Numbered from the stretch's first letter, positions 1 to 10,202 are shown. The stretch is 64,000 nt of DNA from Candidatus Bathyarchaeia archaeon (GCA_049516875.1 JBEKSS010000004.1:1-64000), one strand, 5' to 3'. Numbers and translations: made by a program. Notes: generated by a model from the letters alone, not told the origin.

Positions 1-105
1 GAATCTACCAATGACCATTCTCTTAGTCTTATCTTCCTTGCACTTGCCGCCGCATTTCAGGCAACGATGTGCCTTAATTAACTTCCATTCTTTTGCTGTC
101 TTCAT
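1..105 (-). CDS. Small CxxC-containing protein, runs off window edge
   Basis: Hand translation MKTAKEWKLIKAHRCLKCGGKCKEDK...; GAGGTG RBS and BRE-TATA (152-173) upstream. Confidence 0.5.
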   Translation of the reverse strand, partial: MKTAKEWKLIKAHRCLKCGGKCKEDKTKRMVIGRF

Positions 106-151
106 TCTTTTTTCACCTCTTTTAGTTCGCAATTCTGGTTAGTTCTCGTGG

Positions 152-173
152 TTCAGCTATAACTTTTCCGCAA
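152..173 (-). promoter_or_regulatory. BRE-TATA promoter element TTGCGGAAAAGTTATAGCTGAA
   Basis: Identical 22-mer at 14381-14402 (+) and 16-mer at 14980-14995 (+), each upstream of a gene start. Confidence 0.65.
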
Positions 174-210
174 CACCAAAAACTAGCTTGAAAAGAATAG
201 TGGAAGACTC

Positions 211-531
211 CTAGTCTATGTGTCTTAGGATTCTAGTGACCAGTACGAAAACTAGAACTATGGAATAGACAGTAAATTCCAGACTTCCAACTAGCCCTGA
301 ATACCACATGATACCGAAACCAAACCACCACCCAAAGAGGTAACCAGTTCCCCAGTAAGGTGTGCTATGAACAAAAACAAGGATGGCAAGGATATTGACC
401 AGTTCATAAACTGCCAACTATGAAGCATTCAAAAGTCCTGCATCAACAAATCCTTTCAATAAATAGTATAGTATGATACCATTAAGTACTCCTACTGTGG
501 CGGTGATGAAACCATTTCTCGCATCAGGCAT
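211..531 (-). pseudogene. Membrane protein pseudogene with in-frame TAG at 418-420
   Basis: MPDARNGFITATVGVLNGIILYYLL...NAS*LAVYELVNILAIL... hydrophobic frame continues across one stop. Confidence 0.5.
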
Positions 532-629
532 AGTCTATGCACTAGACTTTCAGGTACTGGTCAAGCTCTTCACTCATCTTCATCTATCCCAACCTCTTCT
601 TGTTTCGTTCTGCTTTCATTCTATCACGT

Positions 630-920
630 TTAGCCTTCGTAGTCATCCTCTTAACCCTCCTTCATCTCTTTTCTTAATTCGTCCATTATCTCTTGCTTGA
701 GGTCATATTCTATTATGGGTTCTTCCTGGTCTGGAACTTCCAATATGGTGCACAAGACGACAAGGAACAACATAAAGAGACCTGTGATTTGCTCGACCCC
801 TAAGTCACTCCCTAAACCTTTACTTGAAAGTTGTAGATAACTGGTGATTTAAGAATAGAGCACTGGACCCGCTGAGATTATCAGAATGATGCTCAGAATG
901 GCTTTATCTCCACTTTCCAT
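630..920 (-). pseudogene. Decayed membrane protein gene
   Basis: MESGDKAILSIILIISAGPVLYS*ITSY...LFMLFLVVLCTILE...KEG*EDDYEG*; protein-like frame with several stops. Confidence 0.35.
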
Positions 921-1214
921 TTTTTTTCACTTCCTTCAAGAGAACCTAATTCTTCACAGCATTTTGCACGTATTTTGTCTATGCATGGTTATGCTTACTT
1001 GCATTTGATTAGCCAAAGAGAAGGAATTAGATTTTATGAATCATGAATCTATTCCTGCGTTGAAATGTGCATATCAAAACAAAAAGAAGAATGAAGGGAG
1101 CTAGTCATTGTCTAACTAGCTATCAACATTATGTCAAAAGTGCAGAACAGAAAAACTAAGGAGTGTTATCTAGAAACACCGATAGTAGTTCTAGCTGAAT
1201 GTATATCGTGGTTG

Positions 1215-1613
1215 TCATATTTGAGAGGGAGTTTTAATCATGGCGACTTGGATGATGGGAAGAATCCCGATTGCTATGGTGGACAAAAGCGGTATGTCAA
1301 AGAGTATAAATTGAGCAGGACTGAGGAAAACATAAAGAAGCAATAATGAAAGTAGCGAAAGAACCGAAACTATGATACATGTGGCGATGTATTTTAGAAA
1401 ACCATTTCTGAGGTTTTCCCAAAAGGTATGGGTAAGTTCGAGGGTATGATTAAATATTTTCAAATCATCTTCTCTTGACGCTTCAAAATAGTTCTCTATA
1501 TAGTCTTCAACTTGCTCTTTTATTTCCACTTCGCCTTCCTTTCTCTTTCCGTCTATTTCAGCTACGTAGAAGAAACCTATTACAGGAAAGAAAGTTGTGA
1601 AGAGACCGTTCAT
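1215..1613 (-). CDS. Hypothetical membrane protein (possibly truncated)
   Basis: 132 aa ORF with hydrophobic segments in an AT-rich decaying region. Confidence 0.4.
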   Translation of the reverse strand: MNGLFTTFFPVIGFFYVAEIDGKRKEGEVEIKEQVEDYIENYFEASREDDLKIFNHTLELTHTFWENLRNGFLKYIATCIIVSVLSLLSLLLLYVFLSPAQFILFDIPLLSTIAIGILPIIQVAMIKTPSQI

Positions 1614-1823
1614 AGTTATGCTCGGAGCAATTATTGACTTGGCTATATCAGCGCGCGCGCGTGTATACGCAGGACATATTTTATATAGCTAGCTAGGAGC
1701 GTGCGCCCTAACTAGTCGATTTCTTAGACTGCGCTTTTTCAAGAACTATTGTTTTGCATCGGTTGGAATAATGTAGAACCTGTTAAATCCTTGGAAGATA
1801 GCCATTATAAGGAAGGCGAAAAC

Positions 1824-2003
1824 ATGGGCGATCACCGATGCGAGAATTGCGGGAAGATGTTCTACACTCGGTATGTGCAATACAAAGGCAAGTGCTTATG
1901 TCCAGAATGTAGGGGCAAATCGGACGCAGGCAAAAAAGAAAAGGAATACGGGGAAGCAAAAGAATACTGGGAAGCGAGGAAAAAGGAAGTGCGGGACTGT
2001 TGA
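1824..2003 (+). CDS. Small zinc-finger protein
   Basis: MGDHRCENCGK...CLCPEC, two CxxC pairs; RBS-like AGGAAGG; abuts next gene. Confidence 0.6.
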   Translation: MGDHRCENCGKMFYTRYVQYKGKCLCPECRGKSDAGKKEKEYGEAKEYWEARKKEVRDC

Positions 2004-2011
2004 TTGGGCAG

Positions 2012-3364
2012 ATGGTTAAGCTGAGGTTTTATGGTGGAGTTAACGAGATTGGTGGCAACAAGATTCTCCTGGAGGATAAGAAGACAAGAATTCTCTTTGA
2101 TTTTGGTCAGTCTTTCACCTTTGGCGCCGACTACTTTACAAGCTGGCTTAACCCGCGTCCAATAAACGGTCTAAAGGACCATTTTGAATTCGGTTTGCTA
2201 CCTAAGATTAGAGGACTCTACGCCAAGGAACAGCTGGCGTTCACCAACTTTCCGTATACGGAGCCGGAGATTGACGCGATTTTTCTGTCTCACGCTCACT
2301 TTGATCATGTGGCGCACATCTGCTTTGTTGACCCGCAGATTCCAGTGTATCTTGGTGCTGGCACTAAGCTGTTTTTGGAGTCGATGGAAGAGACCAGCGG
2401 TTACTGCGATTATAAGAAGCATGAGTATCGGACTTTTCGCACAGGAAAGAAGATCAAGATAGACGATGTTGTCGTGGAGCCCGTGCATGTGGATCATTCC
2501 ATTCCTGCTGCTTACGGCTTCGTCATACACACCTCTGAGGGCACGGTCGTCTACACTGGGGACTTGAGGATGCATGGTCCAAGGAAGGATTTGACTGAAG
2601 AATTCGTGGAGACAGCGAAGGAATGCGAGCCCGATGCTCTGATCTGCGAGGGTACGAGGATGGCGCTGAAAGAAAAACGCAAGAACTATTCCGAGTCGCA
2701 AGTGGAGCGGCTGAGCAACGAAATCGTTTCTTCGACTGACAAGATCGTTTTCATTACGCATTACAGCCGGGACATGGACCGGCTCAGAACCTTCCACACT
2801 GTGGCAATCAAAAACGGAAGAAAGATGGTGATCTCGCCGAAAACTGCTTACCTGTTGGGCAAGCTCATTCAGGATGAGCATTTGGATCTGCCTGATCCTT
2901 TGGAGGACGAGCATGTTCTCGTGTATTACAAGCGCAAGAAGTCTGGAACCTATGATGATACTGATTACTATGTTTGGGAGAGGCAGTTTATGGATAAGAT
3001 GGTGACGTACGAGTTTGTGCACAAGAACCAAGGCAAGCTTATCATGGACTTGGACTTCTACCAGTTTGCAGAGTTGATAGACATAAGGCCAAGTCGGGGC
3101 AGTCACTTCATTCACAGCATGAGCGAACCGTTCAGCGAAGAAGATATCCAAGACGCGGTTCTTCACAACTGGCTTGACCATTTTGGAATGCAGTTTCACC
3201 AGCTACACGCCTCTGGTCATCTGAATAGAGAACAGATAGGAAGCCTGGTCAGGGAGATAGACGCAAAGAAGGTTTTTCCTGTGCACACAGAGAACGCGCA
3301 GTTGTTCAAGCAGATAAGCAAGAATGCTCAGATGACAAAACGAGAAAAGGAATATAGAATTTAG
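2012..3364 (+). CDS. Metallo-beta-lactamase/beta-CASP nuclease (RNase J-like)
   Basis: GGVNEIGGN start, SHAHFDH, VDHS, YTGD, ICEGT, HASGH, PVHTE motifs; alternative start at 2000. Confidence 0.9.
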   Translation: MVKLRFYGGVNEIGGNKILLEDKKTRILFDFGQSFTFGADYFTSWLNPRPINGLKDHFEFGLLPKIRGLYAKEQLAFTNFPYTEPEIDAIFLSHAHFDHVAHICFVDPQIPVYLGAGTKLFLESMEETSGYCDYKKHEYRTFRTGKKIKIDDVVVEPVHVDHSIPAAYGFVIHTSEGTVVYTGDLRMHGPRKDLTEEFVETAKECEPDALICEGTRMALKEKRKNYSESQVERLSNEIVSSTDKIVFITHYSRDMDRLRTFHTVAIKNGRKMVISPKTAYLLGKLIQDEHLDLPDPLEDEHVLVYYKRKKSGTYDDTDYYVWERQFMDKMVTYEFVHKNQGKLIMDLDFYQFAELIDIRPSRGSHFIHSMSEPFSEEDIQDAVLHNWLDHFGMQFHQLHASGHLNREQIGSLVREIDAKKVFPVHTENAQLFKQISKNAQMTKREKEYRI

Positions 3365-3408
3365 CGCGCGAGAGACTCCAGCCCGAAATGTGGGTGTGAA
3401 ACAGATAG

Positions 3409-3945
3409 ATGGAAAGAAGCTTGAGAGCTGAAGTTAGCCGGTACATGAGTTATGTTCTCAGACATAATTCTGAAAACATCAATATGGACGAGTATGGTTT
3501 TGTTGATGTGAATGAGTTGCTGGAGAAGCTTCACGACCGCTTTCATATCGACCGGAGATTCATGGTGGAAATAGTAGAGAAAAGCCAGAGTAAGCGATTC
3601 GAGATCATAGACAATAAGATCAGAGCCTTGTATGGTCACACAATATCTGTGAAGTCTCAACTTGAGGAAGACACAGTCGTCGAATTGCTTTATCACGGAA
3701 CGACGCCTGATGCTGCCTTTAAGATTCTGAAAGAAGGATTGAAGCCGATGAAAAGAAGGTGGGTGCACTTGTCTCCAACAATGGAAACTGCAATAGAAGT
3801 CGGACTGAGAAGAACCAAGCGTCCTATCGTGCTGGAAATAGATGCGAAATCAGCTAGAGAGAATAGTTTGAGGTTCTACAAGGCGACTGACAAAGTCTGC
3901 GTAAGTGGCTCTATTTCGGCAAGATACATTAGAATCGTCTCCTAG
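3409..3945 (+). CDS. kptA: RNA 2'-phosphotransferase (Tpt1/KptA)
   Basis: SYVLRH, KRFE, IRALYGHT, LYHGT, GLKPMKRRWVHLS motifs. Confidence 0.92.
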   Translation: MERSLRAEVSRYMSYVLRHNSENINMDEYGFVDVNELLEKLHDRFHIDRRFMVEIVEKSQSKRFEIIDNKIRALYGHTISVKSQLEEDTVVELLYHGTTPDAAFKILKEGLKPMKRRWVHLSPTMETAIEVGLRRTKRPIVLEIDAKSARENSLRFYKATDKVCVSGSISARYIRIVS

Positions 3946-4142
3946 CGCGCGTGCGCTGACCCTGAATGAAACGTTTGTCCAGACTGTTTGGGTATGGTAT
4001 GACTCAATCTTCCATTTCGATAGTATGCTTTGAATGTCTTCTTGCATTTGGAGCAAACAAAAAGCTTAACGTGGAAAGCAGCAAATTCCCATTCCGTTGA
4101 GGAATCTGATGTTTTCTTTTCACATCTGGGGCACTTGACCAT
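3942..4142 (-). CDS. Small Zn-ribbon protein (Cren7-like pattern)
   Basis: CPRC...EW...VKLFVCSKCKKTF; paralog at 39943-40128. Confidence 0.7.
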   Translation of the reverse strand: MVKCPRCEKKTSDSSTEWEFAAFHVKLFVCSKCKKTFKAYYRNGRLSHTIPKQSGQTFHSGSAHAR

Positions 4143-4526
4143 TGTCAGACCTTATCTCATTGTCAGCAAACCTAAAGATAAAATTTTCGAAGAAGAGCTC
4201 AAGCCCATTGCTCTTTGTTAGCGGCGAACGTGAGAGGTCCTAGCGACTGTTCTTTGACTGGCTTGCTAACAAAAAGGCTGCAGAAGACATGGTCTCGGAA
4301 CTTGAAACTCAAGACGAGTAAGTGTGTGCGGGTAAAGTCTTGTTCCAAAACCCAAAACGCGCGCATGCGTATAACCTGTGCTTGAAGCGAAAGAAAGCCG
4401 AAAAAGAGTCTTTCGCCGAAGCAGTTCTTCTCCCTTGGAAAGTTACTTGTTGGTGAGTTGAAGACAAACGCGAAGCATGGAGCTTCTGTTGAGGGGCTAG
4501 TCATGATGTACGACTTGTTCGCGCGT

Positions 4527-4670
4527 CTATTTGTCTAAGGCAACCCATGTTCTTACAGATTCTTCGACAGCCTTTGAGAGGTCGCCTTTCTTGCCGCCAA
4601 ATTTCTCAACGGTCTTAAACCTGAGCTTCTTCTCCAGTTCATCTGGGAGCTCCACGCTGATTCGCCCCAT
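4527..4670 (-). CDS. Ribbon-helix-helix DNA-binding protein (47 aa, not in ORF track)
   Basis: Hand translation MGRISVELPDELEKKLRFKTVEKFGGKKGDLSKAVEESVRTWVALDK; stop followed directly by ACGCGCG. Confidence 0.75.
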   Translation of the reverse strand: MGRISVELPDELEKKLRFKTVEKFGGKKGDLSKAVEESVRTWVALDK

Positions 4671-5047
4671 TTCAATTACCTACTTTTTTAGTCCATATTT
4701 TTGTGCACGATTCGCACGTGTTAGATCTTTTTCCAATAAGCAAATTGCCAGATTCCAAGCGCTACTTTTATTCTTGTTACCATTTTCCATCATTCCAAAT
4801 CTGCTTATTCACATAGCATAGTATGCGCTTACCAGCTTATAAAGGTATTGGTTTAAGCGTTTAAGCGCTAAAGATATGGCCTGACGCATAATACGATAAC
4901 TCCTTTTTTTCTCTGATTTTGCGCCATTCATTTGGCTAACGCGCGGTGAACCTATATTGCATGTCGCTTTGGCTATGTAGAAGGCAGAAAATAGCTTATG
5001 CGGGAAAATGAAATAGTAAATAATAGAATCTGAATGGGGGTGAAACA

Positions 5048-5200
5048 ATGGAAAAGAGGAAGTTGGAACTTGCATTCATCGATAAGAGTGGGAAAGTGTA
5101 TCAATTAGATGAGGTTACTCGTGCAGAATTAGCTGAGGGTCTTGAAAAGATCTCTAAAGAGATCGCAAAGAGACTGTTATTGTTGAAAGAACAAAGATAG
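5048..5200 (+). CDS. Small hypothetical protein (50 aa)
   Basis: MEKRKLELAFIDKSGKVYQLDEVTRAELAEGLEKISKEIAKRLLLLKEQR; GGGGTGA RBS; T-run downstream. Confidence 0.55.
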   Translation: MEKRKLELAFIDKSGKVYQLDEVTRAELAEGLEKISKEIAKRLLLLKEQR

Positions 5201-5298
5201 AACCTAGTCTATCCCTTTTTTCAGGAGGACGCGTCCAAGAGCACGCGTCTAGTATAAACTCCAAAAGAATCTTTGGAATAAAGAAAGAAGTAGTGATT

Positions 5299-5616
5299 TC
5301 ATTTGGCTTGTTTTAGTAGTTTCATGCTTTCTTCGAGACTCATTGCTAATTTGATTTCGCTTGTGTTCCAAGCCATCCATTTTACCATTTCTGGTTCCAT
5401 TGAGAATTTTTGCAGAGCGTCTGAACTTGGGGCTTCATACACCCAAATCAATAGGTGTTCCGGAACTACGGTCCATGCTCCAACCCTCTTGACTCCATGT
5501 TTCTTCTCTAGTCCGCTCAATTTGGCTGGTAATGCTAACGTCATAGCCTTCATTTTCTCATTGTTCAGCGGACAGTTCTCAGCGGAATGCCTAGAAATTA
5601 TCAAAAATACGGGCAT
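5299..5616 (-). CDS. DUF3303/GYD-like ferredoxin-fold protein
   Basis: MPVFLIISRHSAENCP...HLLIWVYEAPS pattern. Confidence 0.65.
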   Translation of the reverse strand: MPVFLIISRHSAENCPLNNEKMKAMTLALPAKLSGLEKKHGVKRVGAWTVVPEHLLIWVYEAPSSDALQKFSMEPEMVKWMAWNTSEIKLAMSLEESMKLLKQAK

Positions 5617-5924
5617 AATAGCACTCTCGAAAAAAAGAGTCTAGGAAAGTAGGATATAAATCATTTGCATGCGTGAACTCTAGTGCAAGCCTTTAAGGCA
5701 TAGCCTAAAACCTGTGTGACTCTACATTCACCCGCCCGTTACTGCTGGTGCTATTCAGAAAGAAGTGACAGATTTTCTAGAAGCGCGTAACAATACTATT
5801 AAGAGGATGGAAGAGAAAGAGAAACGATTCCGAAAAGAATGAAGATAAACAGTAAGAACTGGAGCCGCGCACGCTGAAGCTTAAATACGACTTGAATGAT
5901 ACGAGACGATGGTGAAAATGCAAG

Positions 5925-6206
5925 ATGGTTGGGATTACGGCGTCTCTGCCTGTAAAGTGGGAACAGTTTCTGAAACGTTTGGCCGACGATCATGACATCG
6001 ATCTCAACGCCGTCGTCAGTCAACTGTGTGAGTGGGCCTTTTCCGACCCTGAAAGCAAAGAACAATTTAAAGTCTGGTTAGATGGGACTTATGCTGCAGA
6101 AGGAGAAGCTGAAGAAGAAGCAAGAGCTGTAGGAGAAGAAGCTGCAGAGGAAGAAGAAGAGATCGAAGAAGAGTCTGAAGAGGAATCCCACGAACACAGA
6201 GATTGA
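5925..6206 (+). CDS. Hypothetical protein, RHH-like N-terminus and very acidic tail
   Basis: 93 aa ORF, TTAAATA TATA upstream, Glu-rich C-terminus. Confidence 0.6.
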   Translation: MVGITASLPVKWEQFLKRLADDHDIDLNAVVSQLCEWAFSDPESKEQFKVWLDGTYAAEGEAEEEARAVGEEAAEEEEEIEEESEEESHEHRD

Positions 6207-6247
6207 AATCACAGCGCGCGCTATTTCATCATATCGAGCCAAAGTAG

Positions 6248-6826
6248 TCATGATTTAGGAAACTGTTCTTTCAGATATGGACAGTTCTTGTCTTCTATAC
6301 GATCATAATATCCTATTTCCCAACCTTTTGGACTCAATAGGCCGTATTCTGTGCAACCAAGCATCCAAGACATAACGTGCGCTATTTCGACTCTTTCATT
6401 TGAATTGAAGTAGCGCTTCTTGACCATTTGCAAGACTAGTTTGCTCATTTTGGCTAGGAAGTCACAGAATTCGGCGAACTTTTTTGGTCCAAACTCATCA
6501 ATTCTTTTCTTAGGAGACCAGGCAATATATTTTTCAAAGGGATGGTTAACGCTTGGATCGACAACAAACTTGTCTTCAGATAGCAAACTTCCGAGCTTGT
6601 AAGCCATCTTACTCCTAATCACTTCTTTGACTCTGGGCTCTACTGAAACACGGTAACTGAAGACAGCTTCATCATCCACGCGGTCTCTAATCAAGAAGTG
6701 CTGATTCTTTACACCTTCAACATCCTTCATGTAAGCATAGAAATCGACGAGAACGCTCCTGATGTTGTCTTGCTTACATTTGAAAACAGCTACACACCAA
6801 TCATCACTTTCCATAGCAGACATCAC
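6248..6826 (-). CDS. Hypothetical protein
   Basis: 192 aa ORF bounded by CG motifs at 6213 and 6859. Confidence 0.7.
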   Translation of the reverse strand: MMSAMESDDWCVAVFKCKQDNIRSVLVDFYAYMKDVEGVKNQHFLIRDRVDDEAVFSYRVSVEPRVKEVIRSKMAYKLGSLLSEDKFVVDPSVNHPFEKYIAWSPKKRIDEFGPKKFAEFCDFLAKMSKLVLQMVKKRYFNSNERVEIAHVMSWMLGCTEYGLLSPKGWEIGYYDRIEDKNCPYLKEQFPKS

Positions 6827-7054
6827 TCTATCTTCGAATTTCCTACTATAAAACTAGCACGCGCGCTTGAACCTAAGAAGACCAAGGGGGTCTTTGCAAA
6901 AATCTGGCATAGAACGCGCGCGCTTTTCAATTTGTCACATTTGATGGGCTTCTCAACATCTTCGAAAATTGCCTTTCTATCAAAAGGCTGCACATCTGGG
7001 TTTGGAAAGAAATCTATTGGGCGCTTTTCGAATCTTGTAAAGCCAGTTTGCCAA

Positions 7055-8629
7055 CTATGTTTTTCCTTTGATCCAGCCCTTGATCCCAAGTTCAGTTTTC
7101 TTTTCTTTCGATTCGGTTTTTGCAGGTTGGGAATGAAGGGTGATTCCCCAGCAGCTAAAGGCGTGAAAGTATGGCTCTTGGATGAGATGAGTGAATGATA
7201 GTTCGCCGTATGCCAAGAATCCTATTACCTGAGTTGACAGAAGTCCTTCTTTCAATACCTCAGCTTCAGTCCCAGACCTACATCCAGCCATCAGCTCAAC
7301 TAGTCTTCTGTTGATGCAAGAAACGATGATAGTGGCATCGTTTGTGTTGAAGCCCTGATCTGCTCTGAGCATGTCATACACGCGGCGAGCGCCTTTCTGT
7401 ACCTTCTCATGGTCACCCATCATGAAGTAGCCAGGCATCTCGGGAGTGTAACTTCTGACTGGAAGAATAAGCTCAATGTCTTCTCCCGCTACTCGAAAAG
7501 GAGCAACACAAGCATAGTTGCCAAAAGGGAAAGCAAAGGCGTATCTGGCCACAACCGGATTGAATATCAGTAACCTTTTTTGTGCTCGAGAAAGTCGCAT
7601 TGCTTCCAGAATTACTTCCTTATCGACTAGTGGAAGGTTCTTTTCTTTGGATAGTTGAACTTCGTTTTCATAAATGGCTTCAGCATACTTGGTGCAGGGA
7701 TCTTCGTTGCCGATGCGTTTGACGTATTTATAGTGAGGTTCCTTGTCGCTGTTGAAATGAAATGTGTGTTGTCTTCCAATTTTAGTTATGGCATTTACGT
7801 CTAGACCTATGGAGGTTTCGCACAGGTTGGGAATTAGAGCGCATACGGCTTCTCCATCAAGAGCTTTAAACTGTGGGTGCTCTTTGAGCCTTCCATAGAA
7901 TTGATGAAAAAGCTGGGCATTCGCTCCATCACCGCTGCTTCCGCCTATGACGTTCATTATTCTTGCCTCTCGGGTGCTGCCCATGAAATTGGCGATTCCT
8001 TCTGCCAAGAAATGCTCGTAGCCTGGGGTGTCAACCTTCGACCCCTGAGTCAGCACAAGCAGACTTTTTCCCATGTGAAGATGCGTTTTGCTTGTGGTTT
8101 GTTGGCTAAAGTCGACCCATGCGTCGCGGGTCATCTCCCTTCCTTGCTCTCCCGCTTCCTGTGGCGAGCGAAGACCCCAAGTTCGCCCCACGCCTATTGG
8201 AAGGTTTGTAACCAGAGCCAAAAGAGACAAGCCATTGTAACCAATGCCTGAAATCTCCTTTAACGCAAGGTCTTCGTTTTCCAATTCGCCACCGGTTGTA
8301 TGTCCGATTAGTCGGAGTTGGTTTGCAGCAGAACCTTTTTCAAATCTCTCTTTTATGCAGCGCAGAATCGATTCGCATATTACAGCATCCTTCTCTTTGG
8401 GTTCTCCTCTGTAACTCAGATACAGGACCAATAGTTTTACATCATCAAGTCTATAGCCCCTTTTTGAGATGTCTTTTTCGAGCTTGTCTAGAACCATTTC
8501 TGCCATTTGCTGAGCTCCCTCTGGGCTATTCGCTCTCCTCAGCTCCCCCTCTTTCACTTGATCGATTTCGAGTTCATCCTTGGTATGCGCATGAGCAGCA
8601 AAACCCAAAAAGAAATCGTTGTTGTCCAT
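7055..8629 (-). CDS. FIST-domain sensory protein
   Basis: LIGHTTGGE, VIGGSSGD, IVSCINRRL, GFLAYGE FIST/FIST_C motifs. Confidence 0.8.
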   Translation of the reverse strand: MDNNDFFLGFAAHAHTKDELEIDQVKEGELRRANSPEGAQQMAEMVLDKLEKDISKRGYRLDDVKLLVLYLSYRGEPKEKDAVICESILRCIKERFEKGSAANQLRLIGHTTGGELENEDLALKEISGIGYNGLSLLALVTNLPIGVGRTWGLRSPQEAGEQGREMTRDAWVDFSQQTTSKTHLHMGKSLLVLTQGSKVDTPGYEHFLAEGIANFMGSTREARIMNVIGGSSGDGANAQLFHQFYGRLKEHPQFKALDGEAVCALIPNLCETSIGLDVNAITKIGRQHTFHFNSDKEPHYKYVKRIGNEDPCTKYAEAIYENEVQLSKEKNLPLVDKEVILEAMRLSRAQKRLLIFNPVVARYAFAFPFGNYACVAPFRVAGEDIELILPVRSYTPEMPGYFMMGDHEKVQKGARRVYDMLRADQGFNTNDATIIVSCINRRLVELMAGCRSGTEAEVLKEGLLSTQVIGFLAYGELSFTHLIQEPYFHAFSCWGITLHSQPAKTESKEKKTELGIKGWIKGKT

Positions 8630-8907
8630 ACTGTGCTTCCAACCGACGTTTCAATCTGTATAAGAACTAGTTACAAATTCAACATTTAAGTCTTTTAGCG
8701 CGCGCTAGGGATGTTAAATCCACCTCGCCATTGTGCTCAAGATGACTTCTAAAAAGCACAGAAAGTTATCATCTAGAAGGCGACACCAAGACAAGGCATT
8801 AGAACAAAGAGCTGCGCGCTAGTTCATATTTCTGCTTCATAAAAGACTTATGCCGTCCATGGCAAAAATGTAAGGTTGTCCCAGATGAGAAAGCGGAGAT
8901 GTAGTGA

Positions 8908-9381
8908 TTGAATGAAAACATCCTGGTTGTTGACGACGACGCAGAGGTGAGAAAGACCCTTTCTTCAATCCTATCCAAGGAGGGATACTCAGTTGAAACT
9001 GTGGAGAATGGCAAAGAGGCGACCAGGATCTCCGAAAAATCGCGTTTTGACATAGCCCTGATTGACATTAAGCTATCTGACATGGAGGGAACTGAGCTCC
9101 TCCACAGGCTGAAGGAAAACCAGCCCCACATGGTCAAGATAATCATCACGGGTTTTCCGACCTTGGAGAATGCTATGGAGACAGTTAACGAGGGTGCCGA
9201 TGGATATATTTTGAAACCTTTCGACGTAGAGAAATTGTTGGAGATGATCAGAAAGCATCTGAAAAGGGAGACTGCTGAACATATCAGCAATTGGATGGAA
9301 TTTGATCAAGATAGCGCACGGAAATCTGGGTCTGATCGAAACAATGATGTTAAGCGAAAATCCCTTTTTGAACCACACTAG
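8908..9381 (+). CDS. Response regulator receiver protein
   Basis: ILVVDDD, LIDIKL, IITG, YILKPF; paralog at 59992. Confidence 0.9.
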   Translation: MNENILVVDDDAEVRKTLSSILSKEGYSVETVENGKEATRISEKSRFDIALIDIKLSDMEGTELLHRLKENQPHMVKIIITGFPTLENAMETVNEGADGYILKPFDVEKLLEMIRKHLKRETAEHISNWMEFDQDSARKSGSDRNNDVKRKSLFEPH

Positions 9382-9872
9382 ATCGAAAAAACCAAACAAC
9401 CATCTGTCTATTGGCGAAAGAATCCCCGATTGAGAAAGAAGCGCTAAACTCTCCGAACAGCAAGTGCAAAAGATTAAAGGTGGCCTTTCCACGTGTCACA
9501 CGGAGTGATGGATTCAAGGGAATTTTCGGTCCCAACTTGCACAACCAGGCTCTTCTTTTCTAAGCGCGCGAGGAAGTCTTGGAACTGGTTATGCTGTTCG
9601 TTCTTGAGCCATATGGCGAGAAGTCTGTTTCCATTGTGTCGTTTGCTCAGTCTTGTTCCTCCAGCAAACCGTTCTTTAGCGGTAAACTTGTATAGAGCCT
9701 TTTCGCAATATTTGCGTTAACGCGCGTTAACGCAGTTCAGGGAATAGTTCATGTTTTGTCCTTGAAAAGAAGCTCATTCCTTCGAGAACTGGTCACAGTT
9801 TCAAAAAGTCAAAAAGTTCCTCAAAAATGGTGTTGCGTTAATTGGAAATTCGCGAACAGGGAGAAAAACCGA

Positions 9873-9904
9873 TTTGTAACAGGTTTGTAACAGGTTTGTA
9901 ACAG
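9873..9904. repeat. Tandem 11-bp repeat TTTGTAACAGG x3
   Basis: Directly visible; degenerate fourth copy TTTGTGACA follows. Confidence 0.9.
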
Positions 9905-10202
9905 TATTTTGTGACAAAAGCATGGTAAAAGCCGCTCTTTCTCACTTAGCGCGCGCCATGGTTAATATGTTCATCATGCCTGGTGCCAAGTCTGAAGCGT
10001 TTAGCATGCGCCTTTTTTTCAGTCATGCGCCCGCGCGCGCGGATAAGCAAGAACGTTCAGATGATAAAACGAGAAAAAGAATACGGGCTTTAGCGCGCGT
10101 GTCGACCAGATACACGAGAACTGTTCACGCTCCTGTCACGTTTGTTTGAAGAAAGGCTGGAATCTGATTCATGTTTTGGGGCCCCCAGCGCAGAACGAGT
10201 TT

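Noticed and set aside
418-420. Pyrrolysine/amber readthrough
   Set aside because: The neighbouring frame also has in-frame TAA stops, indicating general decay; TGG to TAG explains it; no pyl genes in the window.
2198-3199. Long antisense ORFs (333 aa here; also 17936-18646, 20373-20987 and similar)
   Set aside because: They shadow well-supported genes on the opposite strand and have no recognisable motifs.
2012-3945. RNase J-like plus KptA as a dedicated RNA-repair operon
   Set aside because: A boundary motif separates them, so adjacency may be chance; no ligase or other repair gene is adjacent.
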